Of a stretch of 60,272 nucleotides of DNA, positions 46,900-56,784 are shown piece after piece; the stretch's first letter is position 1; every line of letters begins with the position of its first letter. Source of the DNA: a virus; the UHGV virus genome UHGV-0197990; one strand, 5' to 3'. Below the pieces are notes generated by a model that was not told where the DNA came from, made no database searches, and was given only the letters and a program-made list of their open reading frames with translations. A program made the position numbers and the translations under genes.

Positions 46900-47310
46900 A
46901 TGGCATCATTTTCCGCACCTAGAACTGATTGGAATGTGAATTCCTTTTTCAGTTATGGAGCATATAACAGAATCAAGAATAACATTCAATATCTGATCGA
47001 CTTGTCTTTTGAGTTGTTTCCTGAATACGAATATGAGGATATGGGTAACGACAAGACATATTCCGATTTCCCGTATGCAGATGAATTCAATCTGATTGAA
47101 TTGAATTTGAAGCTTTTACATGACAAGTCGTTCGGTTTTGTAAAATACACATTCTCAGATATGAAGAACTGGTATCCAAATCAGCAGACACCGTCTTATG
47201 AGGATATGAACAGATATGAACAGATGGCTGTTGATTACTACAATGGTTTGAACAGCATCAAGAAAAACAAGAACAAGCTCGGTGATATCAAGCTTGGAAT
47301 GAAGTTATAG
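46900..47310 (+). CDS. hypothetical tail protein
   Basis: ATG 46900 after AGGAGG. Confidence 0.45.
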   Translation: MASFSAPRTDWNVNSFFSYGAYNRIKNNIQYLIDLSFELFPEYEYEDMGNDKTYSDFPYADEFNLIELNLKLLHDKSFGFVKYTFSDMKNWYPNQQTPSYEDMNRYEQMAVDYYNGLNSIKKNKNKLGDIKLGMKL

Positions 47311-47321
47311 GAGGCATCGTT

Positions 47322-47816
47322 ATGGCATTAAGAACTGATTTTAAGGACAGCGTATTGAAAGACACAACTGGAAATAAGAAATACAAAATGACGAACAACA
47401 GCGACAACACGGTTTCGTTCACTGATGTTACTGAGTATTCTCAAGAAGGAAGTTCCTACGGGGCGAAGGAAATCAATGAGGAAAGAGAAGCAATTAACTC
47501 TATCATCTCCCCTAAAACAAGGACTGTTGAAGGAAGCTATTTGACATGTGATGTTGCAGAATCAGGAGCTATTACATGGTTTAGAATTTCTAGCAATACG
47601 ACATCAAAACTTACAAACGGAACTGAATATAAACCGTTTACTGTGACGCCAGCGCCTCTGTTCGGAATATTCCGCAGAATCTACATCACGGATTCTCTCG
47701 GCTTTATTTTCAAAATCACAACTAGCGGACAAGTTAGTATCACTCCGTTCGGCGGAGATATTCCAGTTGGAACAGGAATTAATGTGTCTGAATTCTTTAT
47801 GAAATCGCAGGAGTGA
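47322..47816 (+). CDS. hypothetical tail protein
   Basis: 164 aa. Confidence 0.45.
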   Translation: MALRTDFKDSVLKDTTGNKKYKMTNNSDNTVSFTDVTEYSQEGSSYGAKEINEEREAINSIISPKTRTVEGSYLTCDVAESGAITWFRISSNTTSKLTNGTEYKPFTVTPAPLFGIFRRIYITDSLGFIFKITTSGQVSITPFGGDIPVGTGINVSEFFMKSQE

Positions 47817-47820
47817 TGTT

Positions 47821-48132
47821 ATGAGAACATTAAAATTCAACGTAAAAGAGCAGAGGATAGAGAAAGCAAAGAACTGTGATTTTAGTGATATCGCAAGAGG
47901 GACAACGGGATATTTGAAAGCACAGTTTTCTTTTTCCTCTGACTGGAACGGATACGCAAAGATAGCTGTTTTCAATGATGCATGGGACAAAGTAGAAGAG
48001 TACAGACCAATTATTGGTAATGAGTGCGAAATCCCGTCAAAAGTTCTTGACAGCATCTCATTCAAAGTAAGGGTTATCGGCGTATCAGAGGGAAGAAGAC
48101 TCACCACGAACAGAACGGAGGTGGAGCAGTGA
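47821..48132 (+). CDS. hypothetical tail protein
   Basis: 103 aa. Confidence 0.4.
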   Translation: MRTLKFNVKEQRIEKAKNCDFSDIARGTTGYLKAQFSFSSDWNGYAKIAVFNDAWDKVEEYRPIIGNECEIPSKVLDSISFKVRVIGVSEGRRLTTNRTEVEQ

Positions 48133-48704
48133 CAGAGCAAGAAGCATTAGCTGTAGCATTGGCAGAACAGGAGCTTGTAAAGCCGGTCAATGACATTCTG
48201 ATGATTGACCCGGAGACAAGGACGATTAATGTTCCTGATTCAGAAAGACTTTTCGGTGTGCAGTCAGATGAAAAGGCTGAAAGAAAGTATTTCAAGTGTC
48301 CGAAAATCGTTGGAAACAACATCAATCTTGCGACCATGAATCTGTACATCAACTACAAAAGTCCGAATCAAGCAGATGAAGAGGGAGACTCCTACATTGT
48401 ACAAGATGTTGTGACAAGCGGAGACTACATCACATTTTCTTGGGTTCTTGGTCGAAATGTAACAAAATATACAGACGGAATTCACTTCTCTGTCTGCGCC
48501 AAAAAGTCAAACTCAGATGGCACTCTTACGACAGAGTGGAACACAACATGGGCTGAGGGAGAAGTCCTTGAGGGATTGGAAACTACTCAGCAGATCGCGG
48601 AAAAGAACAAGGATTTAATTGAGCAGCTATTGAACACCTACGATTCCAAAGTAGCTGTGAAGCTGGAATTCGACCCGTCAACCCGTGGCATATCTATTGT
48701 TTAA
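48129..48704 (+). CDS. hypothetical tail protein with DP(E/S)TR.I motifs near both termini
   Basis: GTG start overlaps the upstream stop. MIDPETRTINV ... FDPSTRGISIV. Confidence 0.4.
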   Translation: MTEQEALAVALAEQELVKPVNDILMIDPETRTINVPDSERLFGVQSDEKAERKYFKCPKIVGNNINLATMNLYINYKSPNQADEEGDSYIVQDVVTSGDYITFSWVLGRNVTKYTDGIHFSVCAKKSNSDGTLTTEWNTTWAEGEVLEGLETTQQIAEKNKDLIEQLLNTYDSKVAVKLEFDPSTRGISIV

Positions 48705-48716
48705 GGAGGGAGAATT

Positions 48717-48884
48717 ATGGCACTGAAAGCAGAAGACGTATTGGCGATTGTCAATGAAAAAATAAAGAATCCTGTCACTCAAGAACAAGTGACAACAGCT
48801 GTCAACGAGTATCTCAAAGAAAATCCAGTTACCGCAGGAACAGCAACATACAACCCAGAGACAAGAGGAATCACGATTGAGTAA
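48717..48884 (+). CDS. small protein (55 aa) ending in the same NPETRGITIE motif
   Basis: RBS AAGGAGGGAG. Below the track cutoff. Confidence 0.35.
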   Translation: MALKAEDVLAIVNEKIKNPVTQEQVTTAVNEYLKENPVTAGTATYNPETRGITIE

Positions 48885-48895
48885 GGAGGTACGAC

Positions 48896-50830
48896 ATGGC
48901 AACGAGTGATATTGGAAAAGGTGCATTTTTAAATGTAAAGAACAAAGACACGGGTGAAATCGAAAAGAAAACCCTGATTCCTCCGGCTCCTTCTGATGGT
49001 GATTTGGGTGGAATTTCGGAAGAAGAGTTGGCGCAGATCACAACAAACAAAGAAAAAATCAGTTCACTAAATGTGGAACTTATAGACGGAAGAACGGATG
49101 TAGATGGAGAAGTTCATAAAAACATTGGAGATGCCATGAGAGGTCAGACAAGAAAACTAAGAGAAAATCTCGTTGTCCGTCAGAAAGAACAGCCAACAGA
49201 CCCGAACAATAATGTATGGATCTCAGATGAAGATGATGAGGTGGAAGTGCCGGATATGGGGGAATTTAATTCTCTCAAGGAAGATATGGACTACCAAGTT
49301 GATAAGTTTAGTATTATCAAATTTTTAGATAAAGTAATCTTATCAGGTAAATTAATAAAAACAGATGGAACGATTGACACAGTAGGTGGAGCATATAACC
49401 TAGTTAAAGTAAATGTGTTAAATGAACCAAGAATACACGTTAAAGGCAATATTCTTCAAAAAGTTGGGGCATCCTATGAATATGTTTCATATGCTTTTGT
49501 TGACAATTCTGGCACTGTGATTGATTACACTGAATTTGATACTGAAAAAAGTGTTGACGAATGGTTGGAGTGTCCTAATAATTCAGCGTATGTTCTATTT
49601 AGTGTTGAAACAAATTCGCTTAATGACTTTGAATTATACTTATACAGTTCAACCAGTGAAGAACTTGATAAAAAAGAAAATAAATCATCTGTGCAAAATA
49701 TTAAGGATGATATTTCTTTGATTGATTCTGTCAAAAAATATCTCATAAGTGGAAACACGAAAGTTGATTATAATTTCGTTGTTGGTGAGACGTTTAAAGA
49801 TTTCAGAACAAAAGTTCATAACATTATCAAAAATTTCAAATGCCAATTATATGACGACATTGTTTATCAGTGGCAAATGAAAACAACAAATAATTTCGCA
49901 CATGAGTATGGTACAAATATTCAATTATCTATTGGACACATTGATGAAAAAGGAAATATTGAATATTATGCACAAAATATTTTAGCATTGACTAATTTTT
50001 CCCATCCGAATATGTCAAATGCAAACTATATAAGGATTGATTATACAGACACTTGGAGTAATGTTGCTGATAACCAATCAATAGATTATATCAATATTTT
50101 TCAATTAAGCGATGGAGACAATTATAGTGGATTCTTTCTTACAGATTGTAAACCATTGACTAACTACTGGCATAATAAAATAGGCGATAGCATTGGCGAT
50201 AGTATAACAGGTCAAGGATTTTTTCAGAAATATGTGAAAAACTACTTTGGATTACAGTATTTTTATAATCATGGTATCGGCGGAACGAAAATGAGCGGTG
50301 GAACTACTGAACATGGTGATGCTATGTGGATGGATAGCAGAGTAAATGCTTTATCACCATATGCAGATTTTATTACAGTAATGGGCGGTCAGAATGATAC
50401 TAATGTGGAAATCGGAAATGTCGATATTTCTAACAGTGATACTGATACATATTGTGGTGCTTTTAATGTATTGATTAGCAAACTTTTGTATAAGTATTGT
50501 AAATGTACTGGTTATTATTCAGGAATTGATTACAGTGGTATAACACAGATTGATATTGCAAAGTACGTAACTGTTATTCCTATGACACCATTCTATGTTC
50601 CTAATACAACATCGAAACTTGAAGAAAAGGCAGATGCTATCAGAAAGCTATCACAGATGTGGTCTTTGAAGATTGCAGATTTAAAATCAGAATGTGGTTC
50701 CAACTTTGGTGTTGCTGATATATATTGGGAAACTGATAGAACACATCCGTTAGAGTCATTCCATAGAGATAGGATTGCACCAATTATTATCAGTGTTATG
50801 GAAAATAATAAACCTGTTGTATTTAACTAA
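48896..50830 (+). CDS. tail fiber/receptor-binding protein with C-terminal SGNH (GDSL) esterase domain
   Basis: 644 aa. SGNH blocks GDSITGQG, GGQND, DRTHP. The gene is conspicuously AT-rich. Confidence 0.7.
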   Translation: MATSDIGKGAFLNVKNKDTGEIEKKTLIPPAPSDGDLGGISEEELAQITTNKEKISSLNVELIDGRTDVDGEVHKNIGDAMRGQTRKLRENLVVRQKEQPTDPNNNVWISDEDDEVEVPDMGEFNSLKEDMDYQVDKFSIIKFLDKVILSGKLIKTDGTIDTVGGAYNLVKVNVLNEPRIHVKGNILQKVGASYEYVSYAFVDNSGTVIDYTEFDTEKSVDEWLECPNNSAYVLFSVETNSLNDFELYLYSSTSEELDKKENKSSVQNIKDDISLIDSVKKYLISGNTKVDYNFVVGETFKDFRTKVHNIIKNFKCQLYDDIVYQWQMKTTNNFAHEYGTNIQLSIGHIDEKGNIEYYAQNILALTNFSHPNMSNANYIRIDYTDTWSNVADNQSIDYINIFQLSDGDNYSGFFLTDCKPLTNYWHNKIGDSIGDSITGQGFFQKYVKNYFGLQYFYNHGIGGTKMSGGTTEHGDAMWMDSRVNALSPYADFITVMGGQNDTNVEIGNVDISNSDTDTYCGAFNVLISKLLYKYCKCTGYYSGIDYSGITQIDIAKYVTVIPMTPFYVPNTTSKLEEKADAIRKLSQMWSLKIADLKSECGSNFGVADIYWETDRTHPLESFHRDRIAPIIISVMENNKPVVFN

Positions 50831-50922
50831 AGAGGGCATAGAGCAAAAATTAGGAGAGGCTAATATCTCTCTTTTTCTATGCAAAAATTTAGTAAACAAA
50901 CCGCAGAAAGGAGAAACCACAC

Positions 50923-52650
50923 ATGAGTGTATTCATAAAGAAATCAAAACTAAGAGTAAAAAATGAAGACGGAACAAGCTATACAGGAGTAATGAATGCC
51001 ATAGCAGAAGAGAGTACAGAAGAATTAATCAAGCAGATCGAAGCCAAGGGAAAGAAGACACTTGAGAGCATCCCAGAGGATTATACAGTGCTGGAAGAGA
51101 AGGTGGATAAACTAAAGGAAGAGATGGCGAATGTAAAGTCTGTAACAGATACCATTGATGAGAGAATCCTTGAGGCATTCTTCGGGTCAATGAGAAATGG
51201 AAAAGTATATCAGACAGAAGTGTATCTGACAGAAACAAACCCAACCTCTGACGGTGTCAAAACTCTTGCTAATGCGAACATGGTATGCGAACCATCAACG
51301 GATACCGTAGAGGGCAGAGATGACTACGAGGGCATTGGAATTTTCAACTGGTATAAATGCAACTACATTACAGATGATTACGGTCGCAAGATTCCGACAG
51401 CAATCGAGGGATGGGGAAATGGTTATAAGAATGATGAATCTGTTGACGTTGGTGTTATTGCAATGACTCCGTACTGGTCGGCTATTGAGAAAGATGGTAA
51501 ACAGATCTGGACATTATCCGATACTCCGAATGATGATTACGGGTTGATTCCGTGGGAGACAGCTAGAAAAGAAGATGGCACTTACGCTTCTTATGTGATT
51601 CACAGCGAGTACGTCAGTGGACTTGGAACGGATGGACTTCTTAGGTCATTTAGCGGTTCTAAACCAGCTAGAAATCAGTGTTACGACAACATGATTGACA
51701 GCTATCAGAGAAAAGGTAAAGGCTGTTATGGTGCCGGAAAAGAAAGAGATATGTATGTCATTCTGTACGAAGTGATTAAGTATGCTACGAAGAATGAGCA
51801 GAAGATCTTTAAAGGAACAACAAGCTACAACTTGCAGTTTTCAGCTTCAATTCAGAGAGAAACGAAAGAAACCTACTTCCCACTCACAAATTCACAGGCT
51901 TCGCAGATTGTTGTTGGAAGCTATGTGTCTGTTGGGTATGGTTCAAAGAACACTGACAATACGGTAAATAACGACCGTGGAGTTGGCACGATTCACCAGT
52001 ACGCTGACGATGTAAAAGTCCTTAGAATTGAGGATATTGACGAAAATAACAAGGCTGTATATTTAGATATTGAAGAGGGATTCACGACAACACCAGTAGC
52101 GTTAAGTGATACTCTGAATGCACAGATTATGTTGTCCACTATGCATTGGCGGAGTGGAACAACAGATAAGGTAATCGGGAAGCATGACGGTTCAATGGGC
52201 TCCAATACAGATGGAAAACATCCATTCCGTGTCATGGGAATTGAATGTTCTGTAGGTGGATACATCGTATATTCGGATTCGGTCATGGTATTTAAGGAAG
52301 ATTACAGCAAGGACGTATATATTGCTCCTAGAGGTGTCAAACATGTAAAAGATGAAGCGACCATCAAGAGCACATACAAGCTGATTGGAAATATGCCTGG
52401 AAATGGCGGAACTGACTGGTGGATTGGCGATATCGGAGTGGACATGGAAACTTGTTCATGGTTCGCCAAAGCTGTCGGAAAGAGCGATTCTCAAGGTTGG
52501 GGTGATAGATGTTACGCTGGCGGTAAGAGTACATCTGGAACTCGCGAAGACCTCGGGCGCGGTGCTCTCTGGTCTGGGTCGGGTGGCGGCTCGGTGTGCG
52601 TGTTTTGCTGGCTCGGGCTTGGCGGGGCGCTCTGGGCTTCCCTCGGCTGA
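50923..52650 (+). CDS. tail fiber-like protein, candidate DGR target. The C-terminal 97 nt are adenine-free
   Basis: 575 aa. Immediately upstream of a DGR-type RT. 52551-52647 contain no A. Followed by GNRA-loop hairpins. Confidence 0.6.
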   Translation: MSVFIKKSKLRVKNEDGTSYTGVMNAIAEESTEELIKQIEAKGKKTLESIPEDYTVLEEKVDKLKEEMANVKSVTDTIDERILEAFFGSMRNGKVYQTEVYLTETNPTSDGVKTLANANMVCEPSTDTVEGRDDYEGIGIFNWYKCNYITDDYGRKIPTAIEGWGNGYKNDESVDVGVIAMTPYWSAIEKDGKQIWTLSDTPNDDYGLIPWETARKEDGTYASYVIHSEYVSGLGTDGLLRSFSGSKPARNQCYDNMIDSYQRKGKGCYGAGKERDMYVILYEVIKYATKNEQKIFKGTTSYNLQFSASIQRETKETYFPLTNSQASQIVVGSYVSVGYGSKNTDNTVNNDRGVGTIHQYADDVKVLRIEDIDENNKAVYLDIEEGFTTTPVALSDTLNAQIMLSTMHWRSGTTDKVIGKHDGSMGSNTDGKHPFRVMGIECSVGGYIVYSDSVMVFKEDYSKDVYIAPRGVKHVKDEATIKSTYKLIGNMPGNGGTDWWIGDIGVDMETCSWFAKAVGKSDSQGWGDRCYAGGKSTSGTREDLGRGALWSGSGGGSVCVFCWLGLGGALWASLG

Positions 52651-52689
52651 AATTGTTAATTTCTAAATATAAAATCCTTGCGTCGTATT

Positions 52690-52725
52690 TCGCACTCGCA
52701 AAGAGTGTAGTCTGTAAAGACTCTT
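52690..52725 (+). promoter_or_regulatory. two adjacent GNRA-type hairpins (CACTC-gcaaa-GAGTG and AGTCT-gtaa-AGACT) about 45 nt downstream of the target gene stop
   Basis: Perfect 5-bp stems. Location analogous to the DGR target-recognition hairpin. Confidence 0.4.
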
Positions 52726-52857
52726 GGACAGATGCCCGAAATACTTTTTATAGACCTACTGAAACTTTTATTTTTGACGAAAGGAGTAAGGACGGATAGG
52801 GTTAGCCTATCTGTCGGGGTTAGTAGCACAAACCGAAAGCCCTTAAAAAGACAATCG

Positions 52858-54054
52858 ATGAAGACGTATTGCAAAACGGTCGATATAACAGATAGAAAAC
52901 TGATTCAAAAGGCAGTATACAAATGCCTTAAAAAGAAATACAAAAGAAGAGATTCATTGACAATGTTTTCTGAATACACTGGACTTTCGACAGACACTAT
53001 TAAAGGAATGTTCAATGAGTTCGGATTAAACGGAATGAAACCGATGGTTGAAACAGTGGTTGACGGAGTACGTGAAGAAATCATTCAAGGCAATATTCAC
53101 TTTCAACCAATATGGTACAAAGAAAAGATTGACGCTTCCAGTCAGAAAGTGCGAAGAATCGGAATTCAGAACATTAAACAGCAAATCTACGATTATATCG
53201 CAGTAGAAGCTATGAAAGACTTCTTAAAGCGAATTGGAGAATACCAATGTGCAGCACTGAAAGGCAGAGGTCAATCCTACGGTATCAAAGCAATAAAACG
53301 ATGGATGAGAAACAAAAATATCAGATACGCTGGTCAATGCGATATCAGCAAATGTTATCCATCAATAGACAGAAACAAATTAATGGAATTTCTTCGGAAA
53401 TACATTAAGAATGAATCACTACTTGAACTGATAGAAATGTTAATCATGACATTCGACACAGGATTGAGCATTGGTTCATATTTGAGTCAGTATCTTTGCA
53501 ACCTATTCCTATCTCAAATCTACCATGAAATAGCGGAGAATATGTATCGCATCAGAAAGAAAAGAAGCGGAACAACAGAAAGAATTAATCTTGTGAAACA
53601 CCAGCTTTTCTTCATGGATGATATTTTGATTCTCGGCACGAATGCAAAAGACATTCACAAGGCTATGAGGCTGATTATTAAGAAAGCGGATGAAATGGGA
53701 TTGGAAATTAAAGACAGTTGGACGGTATATACAACGGTCGCAAAACGTAAAGATGATGGTCATTTCATTGATATTATGGGTGTCCGCATATACAGACAGC
53801 ATATCACAATTAGAAGAAGAGTTTTCTTAAGAGTGAGGCGGTCGTACAAGAAAGCACAATCCCTTGTGAAGCAGAGGAAGAAGATTCCAGTATGGCTTGC
53901 AAGGAAGTGCATGTCATACAAAGGCATCTTAGACCGCACGGATAGCTACAATATAAAAAGAAGATACAACGCAAACAAAACGATTCAAATATGTAAGGGA
54001 GTGATATCACATGAAAGCAAGATTCGACACTACGCAAGAGAGTGTTACTGTTAG
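52858..54054 (+). CDS. reverse transcriptase, DGR-type
   Basis: About 398 aa. Motif A QCDISKCYPSI, motif B SIGSYLSQYLCNLFL (the DGR hallmark IGxxxSQ), motif C FFMDDILILG. Confidence 0.85.
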   Translation: MKTYCKTVDITDRKLIQKAVYKCLKKKYKRRDSLTMFSEYTGLSTDTIKGMFNEFGLNGMKPMVETVVDGVREEIIQGNIHFQPIWYKEKIDASSQKVRRIGIQNIKQQIYDYIAVEAMKDFLKRIGEYQCAALKGRGQSYGIKAIKRWMRNKNIRYAGQCDISKCYPSIDRNKLMEFLRKYIKNESLLELIEMLIMTFDTGLSIGSYLSQYLCNLFLSQIYHEIAENMYRIRKKRSGTTERINLVKHQLFFMDDILILGTNAKDIHKAMRLIIKKADEMGLEIKDSWTVYTTVAKRKDDGHFIDIMGVRIYRQHITIRRRVFLRVRRSYKKAQSLVKQRKKIPVWLARKCMSYKGILDRTDSYNIKRRYNANKTIQICKGVISHESKIRHYARECYC

Positions 54055-54337
54055 ACAGATTGACGGAATAGATTATATCTATATCTGTCTGAATGAGAAC
54101 ATCGTGAAAGAGATTCCTGAAGGACAGGAAGAGGGGCAGACTTATCATGAATATGATTATAGGGAAATCTCAGAGCCTACCGGCATTCTCGATTTGGACG
54201 ATGTAAAAGCTAACCCAGGTAAGTACCTTAACTATGAGAATGAGGTCAGGACGGATACAGAACGTATCGACACATTAGAAGCAACTACAGACGATATCAT
54301 CTTAATGATGGCTGATTTGATTGGAGGAAAAGCATAA
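54011..54337 (+). CDS. acidic hypothetical protein
   Basis: 108 aa. Overlaps the RT 3' end. RBS AAGGGAG. Confidence 0.45.
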   Translation: MKARFDTTQESVTVRQIDGIDYIYICLNENIVKEIPEGQEEGQTYHEYDYREISEPTGILDLDDVKANPGKYLNYENEVRTDTERIDTLEATTDDIILMMADLIGGKA

Positions 54338-54489
54338 TGAAAACATTGAACACACTGAAACTTAAAATCATGGTAAGAGCATTTAGAATCAGACTTAAAA
54401 ACGGAGAAGAGTTTGATGATATTGCAGCGGATTATCCAGCACTCACAGTAGACGACCTTGAGGCAATTCGTGAGGCACTGGAAAAGTAA
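54337..54489 (+). CDS. small hypothetical protein (50 aa)
   Basis: TAATG overlap. RBS GGAGGA. Confidence 0.3.
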   Translation: MKTLNTLKLKIMVRAFRIRLKNGEEFDDIAADYPALTVDDLEAIREALEK

Positions 54490-54669
54490 TGGAATTAGGA
54501 AACATGACAATCTCGGAATTGATTGAATTACTGCATGAAATCACTAATGAAATCGAGTCGAGAACGATGGAATTAAGCGGCTAAGAGGTAAATACATGGA
54601 AATCAGAGCAAGACCGAAAGGTCTTATTTTTATACTTAAAACAATAATGAAACAGAAGGGAGAATAATC

Positions 54670-54846
54670 ATGACAGAACAGACAGTAAAAGAAATCATTA
54701 AGAGTTTCGCTTACGGACTTTCAGCGAAAAAAATCTCGGACAACGAAGGTACATCACTGGAAACTATGGAGAAATTTGCAGAGGAACACGCAGCGGAGAT
54801 TGAACAGAAGAAAGCAGAACTGAAAGAAGGTGGCTGGTATGAGTAA
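54670..54846 (+). CDS. small hypothetical protein (58 aa)
   Basis: RBS AAGGGAGAA. Confidence 0.35.
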   Translation: MTEQTVKEIIKSFAYGLSAKKISDNEGTSLETMEKFAEEHAAEIEQKKAELKEGGWYE

Positions 54847-55909
54847 ACTTATCATTGATGTTAGCTATCATAACGGAGTTATCAACTGGGAAAGAGTCAA
54901 AGCGTCTGGTTGTGCCGGAGCTATCCTTAGATGCGGATATGGAGACAATATCGCATCACAGGATGACAAACAGTGGATTCGTAACCTTGCTGAATGTGAA
55001 AGACTTGGAATTCCGGTAGGAGTCTATCTGTATAGTTATGCGACTTGTGACAGACAGGCTAAATCAGAGCTTGAGCATATTCTCAGATTGATTAAAGGTC
55101 ATACCTTCCAGTTGCCTATCTTCATTGATGTGGAAGAGCCGGGAACGCAGAACTATGCTCCTAGATGCTGTGAGATCGTCTGCGAAGGACTTAAAGCAGC
55201 TGGATATACCCCGGGAATCTACGCGTCCTTAAGCTGGTTTAACAACTATCTTGGCAGTGTCCGTGGCAAATACATCGAATGGATGGCAAGATACAAGAAT
55301 CTTCCGGAAGATACATACAAAGGTCAGTATGCTATCTGGCAGTATTCTTCTGATGGACAGGTAGATGGAGTCAGTGGAAGAGTAGATGTCAACCATTGTT
55401 ATATGGAATTTGGTGGAAGTGCTACACCAGTAACACCGTCAGCACCATCTAAGCCGGTAGAAAAGAAAGACTTAGGACGGGTCGATATTACATATCAGGC
55501 TTATACAACTAAGTGGTGGCCGGCAGTAACGAACAAAGCGGATTGGGCTGGAAAAGGTGACGATGTGCCAATCAAGTGGCTTGCCATTAAAGTAAGCAAA
55601 GGAAGTATTCGCTGTCGAGTATACACAAGAAAGAATGGTTGGTTGCCATATCTCACATTCGGCAACAGCTATAACCTGAATGACAAGGTAAATGGAATCC
55701 TCGGAGACGGTTCGGAGATTCTTGCGGTAGAGCTGTACTACATTACACCGGATGGATATAAGTACAAGATGGTTCACTACAGAGTTTCTGTACAGAATAA
55801 CAAGAACTTCTACGCAGATCAGGTCGATACACTGAAAGCAAGTGGCATGGACGGATACGCCGGAGACAAATACAGATTCATTGACAAGTTCCAGGCTTGG
55901 ATTGAGTAA
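54839..55909 (+). CDS. endolysin: GH25 muramidase plus C-terminal cell-wall-binding region
   Basis: N-terminus IIDVSYHNGVINWERVKASGCAGAILRCGYG is GH25. ATG 54839 after AAGGTGG. Confidence 0.85.
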   Translation: MSKLIIDVSYHNGVINWERVKASGCAGAILRCGYGDNIASQDDKQWIRNLAECERLGIPVGVYLYSYATCDRQAKSELEHILRLIKGHTFQLPIFIDVEEPGTQNYAPRCCEIVCEGLKAAGYTPGIYASLSWFNNYLGSVRGKYIEWMARYKNLPEDTYKGQYAIWQYSSDGQVDGVSGRVDVNHCYMEFGGSATPVTPSAPSKPVEKKDLGRVDITYQAYTTKWWPAVTNKADWAGKGDDVPIKWLAIKVSKGSIRCRVYTRKNGWLPYLTFGNSYNLNDKVNGILGDGSEILAVELYYITPDGYKYKMVHYRVSVQNNKNFYADQVDTLKASGMDGYAGDKYRFIDKFQAWIE

Positions 55910-55930
55910 GACTGCAACTGTTCTAAAAAG

Positions 55931-55966
55931 CAAAAATCCCGGGTGAAATTCCCGGGTTCTTTTTAT
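55931..55966. terminator. bidirectional terminator
   Basis: CCCGGGtgaaattCCCGGG flanked by A-run and T-run. Confidence 0.7.
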
Positions 55967-56583
55967 TTCTTTTTATTGTTATTCTTTCTTGTTTGACCAG
56001 TCATTGTGTAACCGTTCTTACTTTCGCATGCGGCTTCACGACCTCTTTGCAAAGCAATATTCAAAGAAGCAAGGTCAGGCATTATATTATCTTCATTGGC
56101 AAGCTCACCTCTTGCTTTTTCCATAAGGAAGTTGTCGTAAACAGCTTGACAGATATTAACTCTCGACCGCATAGAGCAGTGATTGTTAGCTGTCAGCATA
56201 TTCAACTGCTCGTGCCATGAAGAGCCAGTATCTCCGAACATACAGTAAGCCATTTGACGAATATCTCGCTCAGTGTAGTTTGCGTTTATGTAAGCATGAA
56301 TACAGTCAACCATCTTTTCGATTTCTGTATCTTTTTCAATAGTTAAGAATTTGTCCGGGTATCGGTAGCTGAGAATGTACTTTTCCATGTTTAATCCTAG
56401 CACCGAAAACCATTTCTCAAGTGTTCTGTAACCTGGCTCACCTATTCCAGACTCCCAGTTCTGAATTGTAGTGACTGACTTTCCGAGAGCTTGAGCCATT
56501 TGCTTTCTTGTTTTTCCGGCATCTGTTCTTGATTTTGCAAGCATGTTGCCAAAATTCTGTGCTCTTTCAATCTCAGATGACAT
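55963..56583 (-). CDS. XRE-family HTH regulator with C-terminal domain
   Basis: ATG (revcomp at 56583) after AAGGAGG. HTH KTRKQMAQALGKSVTTIQNWESG. Confidence 0.7.
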   Translation of the reverse strand: MSSEIERAQNFGNMLAKSRTDAGKTRKQMAQALGKSVTTIQNWESGIGEPGYRTLEKWFSVLGLNMEKYILSYRYPDKFLTIEKDTEIEKMVDCIHAYINANYTERDIRQMAYCMFGDTGSSWHEQLNMLTANNHCSMRSRVNICQAVYDNFLMEKARGELANEDNIMPDLASLNIALQRGREAACESKNGYTMTGQTRKNNNKKK

Positions 56584-56784
56584 AAAAAATTTTACCTCCT
56601 TTTTGCCATTTCGCAACCAAAAAATTGTGTGTCCAATCCCAAAAAATAAAGACATAATATTTTACGTCTATTTTTCACGGATGCGAATAAAAAATTTAAT
56701 GCATAATTATAAAAATTTTAGTAAGTACTTTTTCCCCCGTTTCCGCTATAATAAAAACAAATTTTAAAAACGGAGGGCAAACAC

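Noticed and set aside
52385-52799. ORFs 52385-52666 and 52596-52799
   Set aside because: They are alternative frames across the adenine-free tract and the target/RT intergenic hairpins. Low complexity, no RBS.
52651-52857. Expected location of DGR template repeat between target gene and RT
   Set aside because: Sequence here is AT-rich and shows no similarity to the candidate VR. Only the hairpins were retained as features. No Avd-like ORF is present.
53509-54148. Minus-strand ORFs inside the RT gene (53509-53802, 53810-54148)
   Set aside because: They lie antisense within a well-supported RT coding region.
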